A DNA stretch of 64,000 bases, from contig JAQGDQ010000440.1 of NCBI GenBank assembly GCA_030141605.1, positions 58,429 through 122,428 of the forward strand, written 5' to 3'. How positions within the stretch are numbered: position 1 is the first letter of the stretch; the number at the start of each line of letters is the position of its first letter. A program made the position numbers and the translations under genes. The stretch is from Tubiluchus corallicola. Taxonomy: Eukaryota; Animalia; Priapulida. The notes under the pieces were generated by a model. That model saw only the letters and a program-made list of their open reading frames with translations, had not been told where the DNA came from and made no database searches. Positions 62,542-64,000 of this stretch are shown in pieces.

Positions 62542-62648
62542 GTATACCAAGTGTGTTTAACTTCAAAACTTATTGGACAAATTGATGCTTAAAGTTAAGA
62601 GATAGTTTTATAATTCAAATTCTCTTTTTTATGGTGATGATAATTCAC

Positions 62649-64000
62649 TGTTGACTTGTTCGAAACTCGCAGAGTTTTCAATAAATCAAAAGTGATACAC
62701 TGCGATTTTCTGATTCCTTTTTCTTCTTTCATTTAGCGTTTTTATTTTAATATTTTCACGATTGCCCAGTAACTGTTTTTGCCTTCCAAAATACACGTCG
62801 GCAGGTGTAACATTCTTGAGTGATTCATGATACCGGTGGTTGTTGTAATTATATACAAACTCCTGTAGAACCGTCATTAGTTCATCAGGAAAGTAGTAGT
62901 TATCCAACTTTACCTGATTTTTTATGGTGCGGTGGTAACGCTCAATTTCCCCTTGTGTTTGAGGGTGGTATGGGGCTCCACGTACATGTCCCATTTTGGT
63001 ATCTTTTAAAAAGCTTTGAAACTCGTTTGATATGTAGCACGCTCCATTATCGGAGAGTAACCTGGGACAATCGTCTGCAGGTATTTTGGCCGTATAAAGC
63101 CTTTTGAATAACATGCTTGGCATCGGCCGACTCAATGCTTTGGCAAAGCTCCCAGGTGACGATATACCTTGAATAATCTCCATTACGGTAGCCAAATAAT
63201 ACCAGCCCCATCCAATGATTTTAAAGTAGGTGAAATCGGTTTGCCATTGCTGGTGCACACGCGTGGTCTTATCTTTAAAATCATCGGATGCAGCCATTAA
63301 AAGCCACGCAGGAGATGTGATTAGCACTTGCTCTTTGAGAATCCGATATGCGCTGGATTCGCTGATAAACCACTTTTGATGGTCGGTGATGTGGTGGGCT
63401 AGTTCCCTAGGCGATAAGTCTGTACGTTACAAAGCGGTGTCTAAAACCAGTTCTCGTTCTTTGTTGGATATCTTGTCCCAGAACTTTTTGCGTTTTACCG
63501 GCTTGGGCTTGAGTGAATCATATCATCCCTCAAGGAAGCGTTTGTACCACTCGTAAAAGGTACTTCGGCTGATGTCAAGTTCTTCAAGTGTGCGCTTAAC
63601 TCCGAATTCCGAATCTTGAACAATACGGATAATTTCCATCTTTTCACTGGCGCTTCGTCTCATATATTTATAAGTTACTCGGTTCCAGTTAAGCTTTTTT
63701 TAAGCATGCGTACTTCCAAACTCAACTCTGCTAAAAGCTGCTTTAGGTCGTGGTTCTCGTTCTTTAATCCGTTTACTTCGCCCGATGTAGCTTCCCGTTT
63801 AATGTCACCTGCAAGGCGTTTTTTGCCAGCTTCCATAAAATCTTTACTCCACCTGTAATAAAGGTTCGCGTTGATGCCTTCTTTTCAGCATAACTCGGCA
63901 ATGCTATATTCGCCACGCATGCCCTCTAGTACAATCCTGATTTTTTCTTCAGCTGATTACTTCTTCCTCGGGTGTCTCTTAATCTATTTTACCTTTTGTT
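62649..64000 (-). mobile_element. decayed IS3-family insertion sequence; its left end lies outside the window
   Basis: orfA (SAEEKIRIVLEGMRGE..IAELC*KEGI..LYYRWSKDF) has in-frame stops; A7G slippery site at 63701-63694; orfB integrase core (WQTDFTY, SDNG, HPQTQG.IER) has a stop and a frameshift; likely right end TG at 62649. Confidence 0.88.

Noticed and set aside
62686-63327. Intact integrase CDS
   Set aside because: It is a frameshifted fragment of IS3 orfB, and the upstream parts carry nonsense codons

Overview
A 64 kb chromosomal segment, most likely from a Bacteroidota (Bacteroidales-like) bacterium, judged from the SusC/SusD pair, TAnnTTTG promoter elements and the purN/acpP-fabF and M23-dxr-rseP gene orders. 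The left end holds a complete type II-C CRISPR-Cas locus: tracrRNA (minus strand, about 1272-1360), cas9-cas1-cas2, and an array of 33 36-bp repeats with 32 spacers. The most unusual feature is the 1551-aa Cas9. Its catalytic motifs look intact, but it carries an insertion of about 296 aa inside the RuvC-III region, built from about five tandem 55-59-aa modules with a G-[NK]-Y-[WY] motif, plus a smaller REC insertion. The array trailer is also odd: a truncated repeat and an orphan degenerate repeat 2.6 kb downstream bracket an AT-rich block of K+ channel, purU and a filter-altered channel remnant. The rest is mainly housekeeping genes, an apparently intact IS4-like element, a decayed IS3 element, at least 10 copies of a ~130-bp MITE-like repeat with GAGACCTTTGCA-type ends, and a lipoprotein with 11 DNA-level tandem repeats that combine a constant scaffold with variable positions. 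All calls come from reading the sequence by eye; no searches were run.
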